The notes beneath the pieces are model-generated. The model was not told where the DNA came from, did not search any database, and was given only the letters and a program-made list of their open reading frames with translations. Shown in pieces: positions 48,128-51,961 of a DNA stretch of 51,961 nucleotides (position 1 is the stretch's first letter; each line of letters begins with the position of its first letter). Both the position numbers and the translations under genes were made by a program. The DNA comes from Chromera velia. Taxonomy: Eukaryota. The stretch is taken from assembly GCA_018398765.1 (NCBI GenBank), contig JAHBMJ010000264.1, positions 1 to 51,961 on the forward strand. Reading direction: 5' to 3'.

Positions 48128-49002
48128 CCTCTCTCTGCTGGGAAATGCAGCCGCTTTACGAACCTGCGAAGGCTCTTCAAGCTCAAGGCTTAACAACACA
48201 GCAACAGAATGAGACACATTTGACTGGACCTCAGGTTGAGGAGAGCTCCTTGTCAGTGGCACCGCTCCCGAGGAGCTTTCCTCTTTGACTCAGCCCAGTG
48301 TGTGGGAAACCGAATCGCCGGCGACACACAGATGACCACTGCTTCTCTGAAGCGTGGACACAGAAAAGATCATAGACTGATGTGCTTCTTGACGGAACAT
48401 CGAGACGGCATGTTGTTTGACGGTCGCTGTTTCATGTGGACTCAGATGGACTCAGTATTCTGACTCAGTGTGCGATCCGGGGACCGACCTTTGAGGCCGC
48501 GCGCGGGATAAACAGTGCCGTCGGCGTCAAAGTTGCCATTCGGGGCCAACGCTGCGTCAGTCACCGCCACGTCTCTTAATTGAGAGTGTCCACAATGAGG
48601 AGGATCCGTCAAAGAAGCGGCATAGCGACAGCTCGGTTAAAACAGACACATGTCCAGGCATAGAGTCACTGTGCATGCAGGTAACGCTTCATCAGATTTA
48701 CTGAAGACGTGCAGATAGAAGGTGGTCATGGCGACAGGTGTCAGGCTGATCGGTTTTCGTGTTTCGTTTCGTTCGCGACCCAGCCAGCCTGCAGACTGAG
48801 CTGGCCGAGGAAGGCAGGCACGCCGTCCTTTTTTTGTCTGCCATCTGTGCCTGGGTTGCATCGAGAACCGAGCCAGCTGACCCCCTTTTCTACTTCTTTC
48901 AATCCTTAAAGCTCGGGAGTTACCCTTGAGTCAAATGAATTGACTGAAAGTAAACCGGGGAAGGAACGAGAGAGAGAGCGCGAAACTTTTTCTGCAAACA
49001 AA
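48128..49002. promoter_or_regulatory. Putative bidirectional promoter (F-box-like / PP2A-A)
   Basis: About 875 bp between divergent ATGs, with GCCGCGCGCGG near 48497 and TGCATGCA near 48672. Confidence 0.4.
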
Positions 49003-51961
49003 ATGGCCGGTGAGCTTCTGTGCAATGCAAATGGGCAAAGAGGCATTTTGGTTCACACATTTTTGAGGGGGGTGGCTTTACTGTTTGAGTTTGAGTACCG
49101 GGAATTGCTTTTTTATTTTTGTGCATTCCAAAGCAGTGCAACCACCATTCTGCGGCAGTCTCTTCGCTGTCCTTTTCGTCTCCTCCACCTCTCCTTCTCC
49201 TCCCTCTTTCCTCCGTCCAGTCAAGCGCTCTATCTGTGTCTGTCCGTATGCGCGCAGACTCCCCTCTCGAGTTTTTCAAAGCAGAACTCCAAGTGGAGAA
49301 CACGGCACAGAGAATTGAGAATCTCCAAAGGGCCAAACTCATCGCGGCAGCCTTGGGACCGGCCCGCACTGTCTCCGACCTGTTGCCGCTGTTGCGAGGT
49401 GAGTCAGTCGGTGTACGAGGTTGGCGAAGGATAGGAAGATCCCCATCTATTTTGAGTCCATCTGCCACAGCAGATTGGTGAGGGGCTTTCCTCAGCCAGC
49501 CGACCCTTGCAGTCCTCTCCTTTCCTCTCCTGTTTTTGTGCATGCATGTGCATTCATTCCATCGACCTCTCCCCCCCCCCTATCCGTTCCGCGTTCTCGC
49601 AGAGGTCCAAAACACGACTGAAGACGAGTTTTTGTTTTGTCTCGCGGAGCAGTATCAGGTCCTGGCAGATTTTATTGGGGGGGAGGAGAACCTGCACCTT
49701 TTGGTCCCCCCTCTCGACAATTTGGTCTCCCAAGAGGAGACAGTTGTTAGAGAGAGGGCGGCACAAAGCATCAGCGCCCTGCCGGAGAAGTGCAAAACAC
49801 AGGAAGTCAGGGAGAAGCTGGTGAGGGACCACATCTTTCCACTCGTCAAACGACTTGCAGAAGGTACGTGTCGGTAGGAGGTTTAGATATCGAGTGGGTG
49901 GGTGGAGTTGTCTGGCGTCTCCTTTCTTGATTTCCATCACTCAAGAGCGGGAAAGGAAAGCAGGTGGGGGGGGAGGCTTTCCTTCTGCCGGCCTTGGAAG
50001 GCTTTTGTTCTTTTGACGGTCATGGATTCTTGCTGATCTTTCTGCCCCCCTGCTGTCGTACATGCTGCGTGTTTCCCTCCCTCCCTCCCTGCCAATCTTC
50101 CACTATTTCTCCCCCTGCGGAGGTGGGTGGGTGGGTTGAAAGTCGGGAAGTGTATGTGAATGAAGAGTGAGATGAGGAGGAGGGAGAGAGAAGGAGTGCT
50201 AGAAAAGGGCGCGAGAAAGCAGTGTGGGCAACCTGAGCCAAATGGTGATTTTCCTGAAGGGCCAGGGTTCAGTAGATCGCGTGTCTCCTGTCTGCGTATG
50301 TGTGTGCGTGCAGGTGAATGGTTCACCTGTCGCGTTGCCGCGACTGGTCTTCTTGCCCTCTGTTATCGTGACTGTGGGACTGAAGAGAGGACCGAGTTGC
50401 GCACGTGAGTCGAGTCGAGTCGTTGTGATACAGAGACGGTGGAGGGAGGGCGGGAGGGAGGCAGAGAAGAAGGAAGTGGTAGAATGATGCGTTGTTGGCT
50501 TGACGCTTTTTCAATTGCAGCTTTCTTCCGTGCATTTCGTAGTTGTTCTGTACGAATGTGTCATTCATACACGGACGGTTTCGCAAGACGCACAGAAGAA
50601 TTCTGAAGGGGTCTTCTCAGGGTTTTCGAGGGGATGAGCTGCAAGTGGGTTTTGGAAGGCACACGTTAAGCTTTTGTTTCATCTCGTGCACTTCCCTTCG
50701 CACAATGCGACACTGGATCATCTGTCTCCGTTTTGATCTTTGAAAGCAGCGTTGTCGGTAAGTTTCGTCATTCCTCTTCTTCTCTGTATCCCTTCTTATT
50801 GCAGTGTGTTTGTCAAACTTTGCGAAGATGAAACGCCCATGGTTCGGAGAGCAGCGGCTGCCAGCATGAAGGTGGGTGGGATGGGAAGAGGGTCTGTCTG
50901 TGCGCAGACAGTCGAAGATTGGGTCCTTGTGTTGTGTGGAGAGGGAGGGTGTGTAGACGTGGAGAGATGGGGTTTCCGCTTGAATCATCGCGGTAGGACT
51001 GGTGCAGGCATTTGTTGGTGGCTCGCTCTCTCTCGGTGAGTCTGGTCATCGTCTCTTCACTTTGTTGGGCTGCCTCCCTCTTTCCTTCCTGCCTTGCTGC
51101 CTGCCTGCCTGCAGGGAGTGTTCATGGAGGTGGAGAAACAATTCATCACAGCGGAGCTTCTTAGGACCTTCAAAACTCTTGCAGCCGATGACACGGTGAG
51201 TCGGTTGACGGGTGTGCGTCTGTTCTTGGGGCGGGGCAGAATTTGACAGCTTATTCATTCCTTCCCTTAAGTCGTTCGTTCATCAATCTTGCTCTCTCTC
51301 TCTCTCTTCTGTTCTCTTTCTTCTCTAGCTTCTTACCTTTCATTTGTGCTCCAGTTTTTGCTTATCCTTTCCCGCTCTCCTCTTGGCTTCCCCCTCTTTA
51401 TTCGCGTCTTTCTTGCGGAACAGCCTCTCAATTTGAGTTTCTTTTTCGTTGCCGTTTTCGTTCTTCCTCAACTGCTTCGATTCGAAAGGACCCCCTCATT
51501 CTTTTCCTGCCAGCTTTCCCTTCGTCAATGTGCGCCTTCCGTCTTGTGTGTAGAACCTTGCAAGGGTCTCAAAAAAGGACAATCAATCTGGCAGCTAAAA
51601 TGCGACCAGGTCTTTCCGTATGCATGCTAGATGGATGAGTGAATAGGACTGTGTATCTGTCTGTCTGCATGTCTGTCTGTGTGGGTGCATGACTGCATGT
51701 GGTCTTGCAGCAAGACTCCATCAGGGTCTCGTGTCTCCAGGCTGCTCTGGAGCTCGCACGCGTGCTCTCGCCAGAGGAGAGCAGACAGCACACGCTACCC
51801 ATTCTGTCGGCAGCCCACGAAGACCCCTCCTGGCGTGTCCGCCTGGCCCTTGCGACGGGACTGGATGGTCTGATCAAAACGGTGGGACCTGAAATCACGA
51901 TGAGCTATCTGCTGAATCCATTCCAGAATCTCCTCAAGGATCCGGAAAGCGATGTACGGGC
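49003..51961 (+). CDS. PPP2R1A: Serine/threonine protein phosphatase 2A scaffold (A/PR65) subunit, HEAT repeats; 3' end beyond the window
   Basis: Exons 49003-49009, 49258-49398, 49603-49863, 50314-50404, 50805-50871, 51115-51195 and 51711-end give MADSPLEFFKAEL...IAAALGPARTVSDLLPLL...EDEFLFCLAEQ...LVPPLDNLVSQEETVVRERA...GEWFTCRVAATGL...LCEDETPMVRRAAA...QDSIR...EDPSWRVR...LLKDPESDVR. These match PR65/A hallmarks. Confidence 0.95.

Overview
This window is intron-rich eukaryotic nuclear DNA in the standard genetic code. Gene content, microsatellite-filled introns and frequent TGCATGCA motifs suggest an alveolate, possibly a chromerid; this is an inference only. I reconstructed seven spliced genes by hand: a TLDc-domain protein, a membrane protein with an AsmA/Chorein-N-like region and an ATG_C-like Gly-rich tail, an oxalate:formate-antiporter-type MFS transporter, a ~1958-aa inositol polyphosphate kinase, a DEAH-box RNA helicase, an F-box-like protein, and the PP2A scaffold A subunit (cut by the window end). 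Six of these form three head-to-head pairs. Repeat-rich blocks hold a decayed Ulp1/C48 SUMO-protease reading frame, three related non-LTR retrotransposon 3' fragments (two with (CAAT)n tails), and an 838-bp non-autonomous DNA transposon with TIRs and a perfect 8-bp target-site duplication. The most notable observations are a 10-fold tandem amplification of a splice acceptor plus exon start in the MFS gene, a hairpin insertion that duplicated another acceptor in the helicase gene, a C-to-T (CTAG-generating) decay signature in the repeats, and a possible miniature bridge-like lipid-transfer protein. No CRISPR array, rRNA or convincing tRNA was found.
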